64,000 nucleotides of DNA from a virus. Below the pieces are notes generated by a model. It did not search any database and had not been told where the DNA came from. It was given only the letters and a program-made list of their open reading frames with translations. Both the position numbers and the translations under genes were made by a program. Below are positions 55,050 to 64,000 of this stretch, in pieces; positions within the stretch are counted from its first letter, which is position 1; every line of letters begins with the position of its first letter. The DNA is taken from positions 1-64,000 of the IMG/VR virus record IMGVR_UViG_3300005532_000006; one strand, 5' to 3'.

Positions 55050-55427
55050 TCAGGTCACGGTGCCGATCGGGCGCAGGAACACGGTCACGATCTGGCCGGC
55101 CTGGGTGGCGGCTTCGAGAGCGCTCGCGACGCGATGGTTGGTCGAGGTGGCGGCGATCAACCTTCCCGACGTATCGGTCATCAGCTGTGCGCCCGCCGAG
55201 AACGCGGCGCCGGCGACAGCCTTGCAGATACCGTAGAGCGCAACGTCGGCGACTTGGCCGGAGGTTGGCTTGTTCTGCAGCACGCCATAGATGTCTTCGC
55301 CGCCGGCGCTGGCCAAATTGACTTGGCGCGCGCCGGTCAGCTTGACGGCGTAGAACTGGTTGCTGGAAAGATCGGCGGCCGCAGTGGTCTGCGCGCCGTC
55401 CGCAAGGAATGGGCCTTCTGTAGCCAT
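55050..55427 (-). CDS. Capsid cement/decoration protein (DUF2190-like)
   Basis: AAADLS..QFYAVKL...GVLQNKP...ALEAA. Confidence 0.85.
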   Translation of the reverse strand: MATEGPFLADGAQTTAAADLSSNQFYAVKLTGARQVNLASAGGEDIYGVLQNKPTSGQVADVALYGICKAVAGAAFSAGAQLMTDTSGRLIAATSTNHRVASALEAATQAGQIVTVFLRPIGTVT

Positions 55428-55525
55428 GGGGCATACTCCGTCTGTGGGACAGCCGGCGCCTCTCGGCGCGGGCGAAAAGAAGGGCGCCTGACGCTCTCCC
55501 TTCGGGTGCGGGCGATGACGGCCTC

Positions 55526-57001
55526 TTAGGCGCCGCGCTTGCCCTGCGTGGCCGCCTTGTAGGCGTACCAGAGGTCACGGTGCTCCGGCATGGTCGCGAT
55601 CTTGGCGATCGCCTTCGCCTTGCTGAGCTTCCCATCGGACTTCTGCAGTTCGGCGACGACCGCACCGACCTTGCCGACCGGGTCATCGACCGAGACCGAT
55701 CCGCGGGCACCGAACTCCTTGAACACCTCGCCGGCCTTCACCTGCGCGGCAAGCGCCTCAAGCTGCTTCTGGATTTCGGCATAGGCTTCCGGCGCGGCCT
55801 TGTGCAACGCGATCATGTGCGGCACGAGGTCATTACCGAGGCCCATGTCCGACGCGCGCTTTGCGAATTCGGTCGCCACCGCCTCGTCAGCGAGCTTCTG
55901 CACCTGTTCGGCTGCCGCCTTGCCGGCCTCAAGCGCCTTCCGGACGCTCTCCGGCAGCGAGGCGATCCGCTTCTCGGTCTTCTCGGCGATCGGGTGCGCC
56001 TTGATGAACTCGTCCCGCTCCGACGCGGACTTGTTGACGAACGCCACCTTCTCGGTGACGGTCATGTCCTGGTCAGGATGGTTCATGTAGTCGCGATGCG
56101 CGACCGGCATTTCGAGTGACGCATGGAGCGCCTTCTCGATGCTCTCTTTCTCCCTGGCGGCCATCTCGCGGGCGGCCTTTTCGTCGTCCATATCCTTGCG
56201 GGCCTTGGCGAGTGCCGCCTCGGTCTCCGCAAGCTTCTTCTCCAGATCGGTCATGCGATCCTCCTGCTTGTGCACGGCGCCTTGCGGGTTGATCGTGTAG
56301 CCATCCGCCACTAGCGCCGCTGCGGCCATGGCCGTCTCTATGCCCTCGGGCACGATGCCCTGGACGTGTTCCTGGAATTGCCCGAACGTCTCGTCGAGCG
56401 CCGCCTGTTTGTCGGTCAGCTCGTCGTCGCACATGATCGAGTTCACCGACTCGCGCAGGGAGCCGACCGCCTCGCAGATTTCCTGAAGCATGCCGCAGGC
56501 GTATTCCCGGGCCTCGACTGCGGCCTGGACCGTATCGAAGTCGTGACCATCCTTGGCGACACCGAAGACGGCGAAGAATTTCTCCAGCACCGCCGGCAGC
56601 GCCCGCTTTTTGACGTTCCAATCGTCGGGCAGCATGCTGGTCGCGCCCAACGCGCGGGCCCGGGCGATGATGTGTCGCCGGATCGCTTCGTGAGAATTGT
56701 TCCTGCCGCGGCCGACCGCGTGAATGGCTCGCTCAAGGTCCGCTCGGTTGGCGATCGGGTAGGAGCCGTCCTTCATTGCGACGCCGCTGCGGGCGTACTC
56801 GCGCCGCTGCTGTGCCGTGAAGGTGCGCTTGATGACGGGGTCTGCTTCGCCGGCCGCGTCGATCTTGGCGAGCGCGGCGTCGATCTGAATATCCATGGTT
56901 TTTTCATCCCGCTTCATCAGCACGACCTTGACGCCTTCGCCGGCCCCGCGATCGACAGACGACACCTCGGTGATTCGGAGATTGCGCAAGATCTTCGCCA
57001 T
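55526..57001 (-). CDS. Prohead protease-associated/scaffold protein
   Basis: ITEVSSVDRGA N-terminus, AMKDGSYPIANRADL...LPDDW insert, coiled-coil C-terminus; upstream of cement and capsid genes. Confidence 0.8.
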   Translation of the reverse strand: MAKILRNLRITEVSSVDRGAGEGVKVVLMKRDEKTMDIQIDAALAKIDAAGEADPVIKRTFTAQQRREYARSGVAMKDGSYPIANRADLERAIHAVGRGRNNSHEAIRRHIIARARALGATSMLPDDWNVKKRALPAVLEKFFAVFGVAKDGHDFDTVQAAVEAREYACGMLQEICEAVGSLRESVNSIMCDDELTDKQAALDETFGQFQEHVQGIVPEGIETAMAAAALVADGYTINPQGAVHKQEDRMTDLEKKLAETEAALAKARKDMDDEKAAREMAAREKESIEKALHASLEMPVAHRDYMNHPDQDMTVTEKVAFVNKSASERDEFIKAHPIAEKTEKRIASLPESVRKALEAGKAAAEQVQKLADEAVATEFAKRASDMGLGNDLVPHMIALHKAAPEAYAEIQKQLEALAAQVKAGEVFKEFGARGSVSVDDPVGKVGAVVAELQKSDGKLSKAKAIAKIATMPEHRDLWYAYKAATQGKRGA

Positions 57002-57038
57002 CGCGATCACCCGGAAAAGGTTGTTCTGGACGTGAAGA

Positions 57039-57368
57039 TCAGTCGGCCGCGGCCGGCTCGATCGTCTTTGCCTCTGCCTTTGCAGCGGCCTTCTTCGGTG
57101 CCGCCGCAGCTGCGCGCGCATCAAGCCATTGACCCAGTTCGTCGCCGAAGCGCGCCAAGAGCGCACCCATCAGGCTGTAGCCGGTCACCTTCTTCCCGGC
57201 CGGGTCAACATCCGGAAGCGGTGGCGAGAAGGACAACCCGTTGCCGTCGGGGTAGGCCGCGACGAACTCGCCGGTGACGACGTATCCCGGCGTCAGGTTG
57301 GTCGGGTTCTGCTCCGCCTGGTGGCGGACGATGCGTCCGTCCGGGGTCTGTATCTCAAAAAACCGCAT
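57039..57368 (-). CDS. Hypothetical protein
   Basis: SD AAGGAG; 109 aa. Confidence 0.6.
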   Translation of the reverse strand: MRFFEIQTPDGRIVRHQAEQNPTNLTPGYVVTGEFVAAYPDGNGLSFSPPLPDVDPAGKKVTGYSLMGALLARFGDELGQWLDARAAAAAPKKAAAKAEAKTIEPAAAD

Positions 57369-57383
57369 GATGGTCTCCTTGCA

Positions 57384-57977
57384 TTACCGCGGCTCATTGC
57401 GCAGCGCGTGATGGCGCAGCGCCTCGCGGATCGCGTCCTCGACTTCGCCGACCGGGATCTTCCGATTGCCGACAACAGCGGTGTCGTCAGACAGAAAAAT
57501 CACCTCGATGCCGGCGCCCCAGGCTTCCTTGACCACCTGGTCAAAGAGGCGCGGAATGCCGATCGGCCTGGCTGCCTGTTTCAGGTCCTCGTCGAGCTCG
57601 TCGTTCGGCGGCAAGCCGTCATCTGCTGCGGTGGATTGCGGCCCGCTTGCTTTTCGGCCCTGCCGCTGGGATTTCGGTAGCCGCGCCAGGATCGCGCCGC
57701 CATCGGCCCGCCAGACCAGCGGCAAGTTCCGACACGGCGGCGGCGCATTGTCGAACAGCGCCAAAGGAACTGTGACGGCGGTGGGGGTTGGATTGCCGAT
57801 CGTGCCGTCCCGACTGAAACGAACCCAACCTGCGTGCTCACCATCGCCGAGCTGCACTCTTATCCCCCCGGCACCAGCCAATGGAGGCGTACAATCCGAT
57901 CCGATGCGGAATCGGGCCGTCTTCGGGGCGACCGTGAGCGTCACGCCATCGGCGCTGGGCAGATCCTGCCAGCTCAT
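57384..57977 (-). CDS. Hypothetical protein
   Basis: 197-aa ORF filling the gap. Confidence 0.5.
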   Translation of the reverse strand: MSWQDLPSADGVTLTVAPKTARFRIGSDCTPPLAGAGGIRVQLGDGEHAGWVRFSRDGTIGNPTPTAVTVPLALFDNAPPPCRNLPLVWRADGGAILARLPKSQRQGRKASGPQSTAADDGLPPNDELDEDLKQAARPIGIPRLFDQVVKEAWGAGIEVIFLSDDTAVVGNRKIPVGEVEDAIREALRHHALRNEPR

Positions 57978-58006
57978 TTCGTTTCCATTCGAGTTGCTTG
58001 CGGTGC

Positions 58007-59122
58007 TCAGGCTTCCTGCGAAACGGCCATGCCGCCAATCGAGAACTCAGGGCGCTCGCCTTGCTTGTGGGCGGCCCAGACGCCGGGGTCATCGACCTTG
58101 AAGCCGATCCACCAGCCTTCGATCTGGCGGCCCGCCTCGTCTTTCACGACGATGCCGAGAGCGTCCTGCTTTTCCTTCGTAAAGACCATCGACTCGATCA
58201 TGCGGCCGACGCCCACCTTCTCGTGCATGTCGCCCTGAGCGCGGCTGTACAGCACGAACTCGTAGGCCGCCTTTTCAAGCTCGGCCGGTTCGATCACGTC
58301 CTGCTGCTTGTCGACCACAAGCTCGCCGTTCTTGGTGACGACCGAGGCCCAACCGAAGATCAGCTGCTGCTCCGGCTCGGCCTTCCGCACCTCGAACGGA
58401 AGGCGCCAACCCGCATCGCGCTTCACCGCGTTGTTCATGGGGGTCAGGTCGAGGTAGTGCACCTCGGCCGCGTCATGCCCATCGACGTAGTCCGCCGCCA
58501 GACGATGATGCCCATCGGCGATATAGTCTCGGTCGTTCCAGCGGATGACCATTGGCTTGGTCTTGCCCCGCATGGCGCCGCGGCGCATGCGCTCGACCTT
58601 TTCGGGATCGACCCGGTTCTGGATCGCGTGGAGCGACTTCAGGTCTACGTGACGCGTCGGGTGCGCGCCGGGGTTCGTGACAGCGCCAAGGAAGCGCGGA
58701 ATCTGGTCATGCCGCAGCGAGCCGAGCGCGTTTGCATCGTACGGGAAGGGCGTATGCGCCATCCCGTCTTCGAAGGGCTTGAGCGCGCGGTCTGCCGCCT
58801 TTGCGGTCTTTGCCTGCCAATGCCGGCAATGGCCGTCGGGCCTGATCAAGCCCATAACCAACGTGCAGCGGCCGGGTGCGCGGAACATTGAGCATGCGGA
58901 ACACTGATGGCCGCCTACTGGATGCTCCACGTAGCCGGCGTGCTCTTTCGTCTCGGTAGCGAGCTTTTGCGTCACCTCAGTCGGCTCGTTCGAACCGCCG
59001 GTGATGGCGCTGAACAGCCGATAACGGCGGCGCCGGGTGCTGTTGCCGACGGCCGTCGTGGCATGGACATCGCCGACCGTGGGCGCATCCTTCCGGATCT
59101 CGTTGAAGAGGCGAGCCTTCAT
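58007..59122 (-). CDS. XkdF-like phage head protease fused to HiPIP-like and ParB-like domains
   Basis: C-terminal QQLIFGWASV...DKQQD...ELEKAAYEF...MHE...ES...WWIGFKV...FSIGG; middle YIADGHHRLAA; N-terminal C-x2-C-x8-C-x12-C. Confidence 0.85.
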   Translation of the reverse strand: MKARLFNEIRKDAPTVGDVHATTAVGNSTRRRRYRLFSAITGGSNEPTEVTQKLATETKEHAGYVEHPVGGHQCSACSMFRAPGRCTLVMGLIRPDGHCRHWQAKTAKAADRALKPFEDGMAHTPFPYDANALGSLRHDQIPRFLGAVTNPGAHPTRHVDLKSLHAIQNRVDPEKVERMRRGAMRGKTKPMVIRWNDRDYIADGHHRLAADYVDGHDAAEVHYLDLTPMNNAVKRDAGWRLPFEVRKAEPEQQLIFGWASVVTKNGELVVDKQQDVIEPAELEKAAYEFVLYSRAQGDMHEKVGVGRMIESMVFTKEKQDALGIVVKDEAGRQIEGWWIGFKVDDPGVWAAHKQGERPEFSIGGMAVSQEA

Positions 59123-59209
59123 GCTTGAGCCTCTCCCAACATCTCGTCAGCCCCTCCGGCCGTAGCATCTCGGCTTTGGCGGGGCGGGAAATCGCCCCCA
59201 AGCCGGTTG

Positions 59210-59485
59210 TCAGCCGATCGGTCGCAGCTTGTTCAAGGTCTCCGGGCCGGCCGCCACGAGTGCCGCTTTGCGAGCCTGCGGCACGCCAGCGTGCAGTACA
59301 GCCAGATTGTCGGGCCTCACCTCGAGGCGGAACGGAAGATCGCTGGGCACATCTTCAACGCGGATCGATACCGCTCCTCCCGCAGCCATCACCAAGCGAT
59401 GAAGCAGCGCCGCCATGATGTTTTCGGCGGTGATCTGCTGTTGCGCCGTCACCGGCGTGCGCTTATCGCGATCAGGCAGAATCAC
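59210..59485 (-). CDS. Hypothetical protein
   Basis: Coupled to the upstream ORF. Confidence 0.55.
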   Translation of the reverse strand: MILPDRDKRTPVTAQQQITAENIMAALLHRLVMAAGGAVSIRVEDVPSDLPFRLEVRPDNLAVLHAGVPQARKAALVAAGPETLNKLRPIG

Positions 59486-60036
59486 TTGGCGGCTCCACGC
59501 GTCATCGCTGCCGCATAGGCCATTCTGGCTCGGTCCACCGCCGGATCTTCGTCGCCCTGCAGGGCGGGGTGGCGCAGGAGGTTGCCTAGAGCCTCGGCCG
59601 CGTCGAGATAGGCCGGGAGGCTCTCAATCGCCGACCGGGCGCGCCTTGCCTTGTCGCTGCCGTCAAGTGCGGCGATTGCTGTCGTCTCGTCGCGATAGCC
59701 GATCACCAAGACCGGTCCGTTCGGCTCGCCGTTGAACTCTTCGATGCGCCAACTCGATTTTTCGGCCGTGGTCAGTGTGGCGCGGGTGACATAGACCGGC
59801 TCGGACAGGACGATCGGGAGGTTCTCCTCGCCACCGATCCGGCGCCAATGGAAGCCGCCGAAGCCGCCGCCGAGGATGATCTCGCCGATGATATGCCGCG
59901 GATCGGCCAAGCCGGTGTTGCCCAGCTCGCGCTGCTCGGCCGCCAGCGCCGAAGCGGTCGTGTCGTAGACCTGGGTTCCGCCGTCTTCCGAGTTCACCGT
60001 GACGGTGATGTCCATATCGGGCTGCTCGCCGGTCAT
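59482..60036 (-). CDS. Hypothetical protein
   Basis: ATGA overlap with the portal gene. Confidence 0.6.
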   Translation of the reverse strand: MTGEQPDMDITVTVNSEDGGTQVYDTTASALAAEQRELGNTGLADPRHIIGEIILGGGFGGFHWRRIGGEENLPIVLSEPVYVTRATLTTAEKSSWRIEEFNGEPNGPVLVIGYRDETTAIAALDGSDKARRARSAIESLPAYLDAAEALGNLLRHPALQGDEDPAVDRARMAYAAAMTRGAAK

Positions 60037-61592
60037 GTCACGGTCACCGAGGCGATCGGCTTGCGCCCTTTTCGCTTGCGTTGCGCCTCTCGCAGCGCCA
60101 TGCGGACCAGTGCTTTTGCGGTGTTGCGCGCCGGCGAGTCATCGGCGGGATCGTCATCGTCGGTCAGGCCGCTGGCGCCGTTGCCGTCGCCCCGCCGCGC
60201 CTCCCCTTCGCGATCCGCGGCGTCGCGCTCGGCGCCCAGTTCGTCCTCCTCTTCGGAGACTTCCGGGAGTCCTGCGGCGCCGCGAAGGTACTGCCGCGTC
60301 TCGGGGTCGTCGAAGAGGTGCACGCCCGCCCTTGATAGGTTGAGAACAAAATTGCCGATCGCGTCGATGTCGATCCGATCCGGCATGTCCGGGCTGATTT
60401 GCGGCAGCAGGTCGGGATCGAAGCGGTTCAGCTCCCAAAGCCGCGGCAGACCGTGCTGGTTGAGCACTGCCGCCATGCTGTCGAGCCAGCCCTCGATGCC
60501 GGCGTAAAACATGTCGACCTTGGAGATCGCGAGATTTTGCGTTCCCCGCGCTTGGTGGCCGAGATCGATGAAGTCGGCCAGCACCGTCTTCAGGATGTTG
60601 AGACTGTGCCGGGTGACGATCTCGTGCGACCGCACGCCTGACTGCGTTCCTTGCGGCGTCAGCAGTTCAAGCGTGTACCGCGGCACGTTGCTGGGTCCGT
60701 CCGCCCCCTCGTACGTGTCGGAGGGCATCATGACGCCCATCTGCTCGTCGACCCGGATGTTGGTCACGAGCTTTTTATAGGCGGCCACCTGCGCCGTGGC
60801 GGTAGCGTCACCGGTCGCGGCCGCCTCAAGGAGGGCGCTCGGCACCTTGACCACCGGGAGGCCGGCGAAACGCTCCATCAGGATCGCCTCCATCTCCTCC
60901 ATGCGCTTTACCAGGTAGTAGCTGCGATACGCAGTCCTGAGAATGCTACGCCCTTCAGGGTTGTTCTTGTGGCTCGACGGCCGGAACAGCAGGAACTTCT
61001 CGATCGGCAAATCGATCAGCCGCCCCACCCACGGCTGTTGCGTCACGCCCTTTATTTGGCCGTTGGCATCGAAGAACCACTTGAGGATCGTGTCCTGGGA
61101 GCGGATCGGCAAGCGGCGCCAGCCGATCTTGCCGTCGTTGTATTTGCTCGACGCATCGGCACCGTCCTTCGGCTTGCGGCCGAGGCGGCGTTTGTAGACG
61201 ACCTCGTTTATGGCGTAGCCGTAGCCGAGCATCGACAGCGCCTCGACGACGAAGCCGGGCCACGTGTGCGACATGTCGTCCATCAGGCCATGGACAAACT
61301 CGGCCGCCTCTTCCGCTTCCGGTGTGTCGGCCGCAGGAATGACCCGCCAGTCGACCCTGCGCATCGTCTGCATGATCGCGAACATCACCGCGCCCACGGT
61401 GGCGGAGTTGTCCATCATCTCGCGATAGGCGCGGGCGGCGAGCCGGCCTTGCAGGTCGGGAAGAAATTCCTCGCGGACCCAACCGGAAAACTGCCGCAGA
61501 CCGTAGGAGCCGACGTCCTTGAACGTCATTCCATGGTCGAATACCGGCAGCTGCCAGCCGCCCGACCCATCCGTGTACGGATCAGTCGCCAT
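60033..61592 (-). CDS. Portal protein (DUF935/Mu gp29-like)
   Basis: YREMMDN...ALSMLGYGYAINEVVY...NPEGRSILR; follows terL. Confidence 0.9.
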   Translation of the reverse strand: MATDPYTDGSGGWQLPVFDHGMTFKDVGSYGLRQFSGWVREEFLPDLQGRLAARAYREMMDNSATVGAVMFAIMQTMRRVDWRVIPAADTPEAEEAAEFVHGLMDDMSHTWPGFVVEALSMLGYGYAINEVVYKRRLGRKPKDGADASSKYNDGKIGWRRLPIRSQDTILKWFFDANGQIKGVTQQPWVGRLIDLPIEKFLLFRPSSHKNNPEGRSILRTAYRSYYLVKRMEEMEAILMERFAGLPVVKVPSALLEAAATGDATATAQVAAYKKLVTNIRVDEQMGVMMPSDTYEGADGPSNVPRYTLELLTPQGTQSGVRSHEIVTRHSLNILKTVLADFIDLGHQARGTQNLAISKVDMFYAGIEGWLDSMAAVLNQHGLPRLWELNRFDPDLLPQISPDMPDRIDIDAIGNFVLNLSRAGVHLFDDPETRQYLRGAAGLPEVSEEEDELGAERDAADREGEARRGDGNGASGLTDDDDPADDSPARNTAKALVRMALREAQRKRKGRKPIASVTVT

Positions 61593-61612
61593 GCCAGCCT
61601 CTGCCTATCCGG

Positions 61613-62980
61613 TCATCGCCGCGGCGCCGTCATCACGATCGGTATCGCGCGGCCATGATCCTGCTGCGGCCCCAGGGCGAGGTCGGTCAACGCCCAGATC
61701 AGCGCGTCCGCTCGGTTGGGTGACCGCGCGCCCTGGTAGCCGAACACCGAGAAATTGAGCAGTTCGTCTTCGAGCTCGGGGAACTGGCCGGCATGCCGCA
61801 CCTTGTCGCCGATCCAGGCGCCGTCCTGCTCGTGACCGTAAAGAGCCGAAACCGGCTCGGCGCGTGCCGCCTTGCCGCGCGACGCCGTGACCACCTTTAC
61901 GGGGATCGCGGCGTTGGCGGCCTTGATGACAAACCGGACCATCGCCCCGCCGAAGTTCGTCTCGGCGACGACGCGATCCGCCTTCCACTTGTCGAACATG
62001 AACGCAACCCGCCGGCCCCAGCCTTCCGGGGGAAGATTGCAGGTCGCGTCCTCCAGCAGATATGCCGTGCCGTCCATCGCGAGGCCGGCCGCGACGATGC
62101 CGACGGCGTCGGATCGGGTTTCCTCGTTGCCTTCGGTCCCGGAGGGATCGACCGCGATGATGACCCGGCGCAATGTGGTTGGCACGTCGGCACTATCGCA
62201 GCGCGCATGCTCCAGCGTTTCCACTGTCCATAACGCGCCGTCGATGTCGGAGACGTATTGCCCGAGAAAGAACCGCTTGCGTTGCCGCTCCGGCAGGCTG
62301 CGATACACCCGGAGGGTTTGTTCCGGCAGGTTGTCGGCGTTGTCTTCGGGGTTAATCGTGCCGTACCGGTAGAGTGCCCTGTCGGCTTCCGACAATCGGG
62401 TTCGGCTGATCGGGTCGATCCCGTCGATCCATAGCTGATATGTCCAGTGGCGCGTGCCGGCCGGGTTCAGGTCGTAATATGCGCGCAGCGGCAGTCCGAT
62501 GTTCTGCGCCAGACGGGTCTGGGCCACGAGCACCGAGCTGTACGGTATCTGCGAGCACTCGTTGAAGTAGATGCCGGCAAATTCCTGACCGAGGATTTTC
62601 TCGACTCGGTCCTTCTCGTCGAGACCGCCGAACCAGATTTGCGACCCGTTGTCGATCTCGACAAAGCCGTCTTGACGATGATCCCTGATCTCCAGATCGG
62701 GAAAGCACAACCTGGTCACCTTCGGCAGCGTGTCTAACCATATCGAAGACCGAACCGCATTGCCGCGCAACCTGACGATGGCGTGCCGCGATCCCGCGGC
62801 TCGAACCGCGCGGATCAGGATCGACCGCACGATTAGGAAGGTTTTCCCGGATCGGCCGCCGCCGTAGATCAGCGTGTGAAGTTGCGGTCCGCTGAGAAGA
62901 TTGCGCAGCTCGCGCTGCTTTTGGGTCAGCCTAAAGGTCGGCGTCTTCGGGGCTGATGCGGATGACGATCGGCCGGCCAT
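61613..62980 (-). CDS. terL: Terminase large subunit
   Basis: YGGGRSGKT, IYFNEC, DLNP, IIAVDPSG, SPNRADALIWA. Confidence 0.93.
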   Translation of the reverse strand: MAGRSSSASAPKTPTFRLTQKQRELRNLLSGPQLHTLIYGGGRSGKTFLIVRSILIRAVRAAGSRHAIVRLRGNAVRSSIWLDTLPKVTRLCFPDLEIRDHRQDGFVEIDNGSQIWFGGLDEKDRVEKILGQEFAGIYFNECSQIPYSSVLVAQTRLAQNIGLPLRAYYDLNPAGTRHWTYQLWIDGIDPISRTRLSEADRALYRYGTINPEDNADNLPEQTLRVYRSLPERQRKRFFLGQYVSDIDGALWTVETLEHARCDSADVPTTLRRVIIAVDPSGTEGNEETRSDAVGIVAAGLAMDGTAYLLEDATCNLPPEGWGRRVAFMFDKWKADRVVAETNFGGAMVRFVIKAANAAIPVKVVTASRGKAARAEPVSALYGHEQDGAWIGDKVRHAGQFPELEDELLNFSVFGYQGARSPNRADALIWALTDLALGPQQDHGRAIPIVMTAPRR

Positions 62981-63284
62981 CCTTGCCCGTGTGTTCGTTG
63001 AGGGTGGTTTCCTTCCAGCCGGCGCGGGTCTTGAGCCAGAATATCTGCGCCGTCACCCGCGCCCGCGGATCCTTGCCTGCCGTCGCCTCCTGATAGAGAC
63101 CCTCGGCAACTTTGGCCGTCGCTACCGTGGTGCCGGTGTCGAGCTCGTCGCGGCACGCGCTGCGCAATGTCTTCGGTGCGACGCCGAGCACGCGCGCGAT
63201 ATCGTCTTGCGGGATGCCGTAAGCCGCCATCGCCTGCACCTGCCGGCGCTCGGCGGCGTCCGGCACCCATTTCTGCCGCGCCAT
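62931..63284 (-). CDS. terS: Terminase small subunit (HTH)
   Basis: GIPQDDIARVLGVAPKTLR...AQIFWLKTRAGWKE; directly upstream of terL. Confidence 0.8.
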   Translation of the reverse strand: MARQKWVPDAAERRQVQAMAAYGIPQDDIARVLGVAPKTLRSACRDELDTGTTVATAKVAEGLYQEATAGKDPRARVTAQIFWLKTRAGWKETTLNEHTGKDGRPIVIRISPEDADL

Positions 63285-63406
63285 CCCGTGCTCCCGCGCC
63301 CTTGCAACCCTCGTGCGGGGCGCCGCGCCGAAGCTCTGCGTCCCTCGCAATGCGGCTCCAGGACCGCCCTAGAGCTTCGATCCTTGCTTTGGCGCGATGG
63401 CGAGCT

Positions 63407-63955
63407 TCACGCGATCGATCCCCGGCACGTGCGGCCCTCGGCCTGCAGGCGTTGGATCAAATCGACCTGATCGGCCTCGCTGGCACAGTCGACCACGACG
63501 ACGTAGCCCTCGGGCGTGGCGTCTACCGCGGCGTCGCCGCCGGCGCCGAGGCCGCCGAGGCCGTTCAATTCGGTCGCAGAGAAACCCGTGAGGGAGAGAT
63601 CGAAGCCGTCCTCGCCGAGCCGCCCGAGTTCGATCGCCAGAAGCTCGTCGTTCCAGCTTGCGTTCAGCGCCAGCTTGTTGTCGGCGATGACGTAGGCTCG
63701 CCGTTGCGCCTCTGTCAGATACTTGAGTTCGATCGTCGGGACTTCCTCGATCCCGATCTTCTGCGCCGCCAGCACACGACCGTGACCGGCGATGATGCCG
63801 CCGTCTGCATCGACGAGGACCGGATTGGTAAATCCGAACTCCTTTATCGACGCGGCGATCTGGCCGATCTGGGCGGGGCTGTGCTCGCGGCTATTGTTCG
63901 CGTAGGGGATCAGCGATGCGACGGCGCGCATCACGATCTTGTCGGCGATGTTCAT
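63407..63955 (-). CDS. ParB/Srx N-terminal domain protein
   Basis: LIPYANNSREH...SIKEFGFTNPVL...IIAGHGRVLAA...IADNKL. Confidence 0.9.
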   Translation of the reverse strand: MNIADKIVMRAVASLIPYANNSREHSPAQIGQIAASIKEFGFTNPVLVDADGGIIAGHGRVLAAQKIGIEEVPTIELKYLTEAQRRAYVIADNKLALNASWNDELLAIELGRLGEDGFDLSLTGFSATELNGLGGLGAGGDAAVDATPEGYVVVVDCASEADQVDLIQRLQAEGRTCRGSIA

Positions 63956-64000
63956 CCTGCCGCAGGCCCTGTTTTATAGCCGGTAGATTTGCGAAAGATC

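Noticed and set aside
1-64000. Integrase, replication genes, IS elements, rRNA, Ro60/TROVE partner of RtcB
   Set aside because: None recognisable in this window, so prophage status and boundaries cannot be confirmed

Overview
High-GC (alphaproteobacterial-looking) DNA that is almost entirely phage. From about 9.5 kb to 64 kb the minus strand carries the late region of a contractile-tailed (myovirus-type) phage or prophage: ParB-like protein, terminase small/large, portal, head maturation genes, major capsid, neck, tail sheath/tube, tail chaperone with a -1 frameshift site, tape measure, baseplate, fibres and a GH19 lysis module. At 4.6-9.1 kb is an array of 38 tRNA genes covering all 20 amino acids, with rtcB embedded and an HNH gene at its end. 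It is preceded by a promoter, a short leader ORF and mutually exclusive antiterminator/terminator hairpins, i.e. a probable translation-sensing attenuator. Between the tail chaperone and the tape measure sits an accessory island with two toxin-antitoxin pairs. These flank a plus-strand operon encoding a solo RAMP/Cas7-like protein followed by a non-coding ~230-nt array with 5-nt GGC-NN periodicity, the best candidate here for an unusual RNA-guided system. Positions 1-3345 belong to a second phage-like element with its own terminase large subunit and a 5'-truncated terminase small subunit, suggesting an integration or recombination junction. All protein calls are from motif recognition and synteny; no searches were run.
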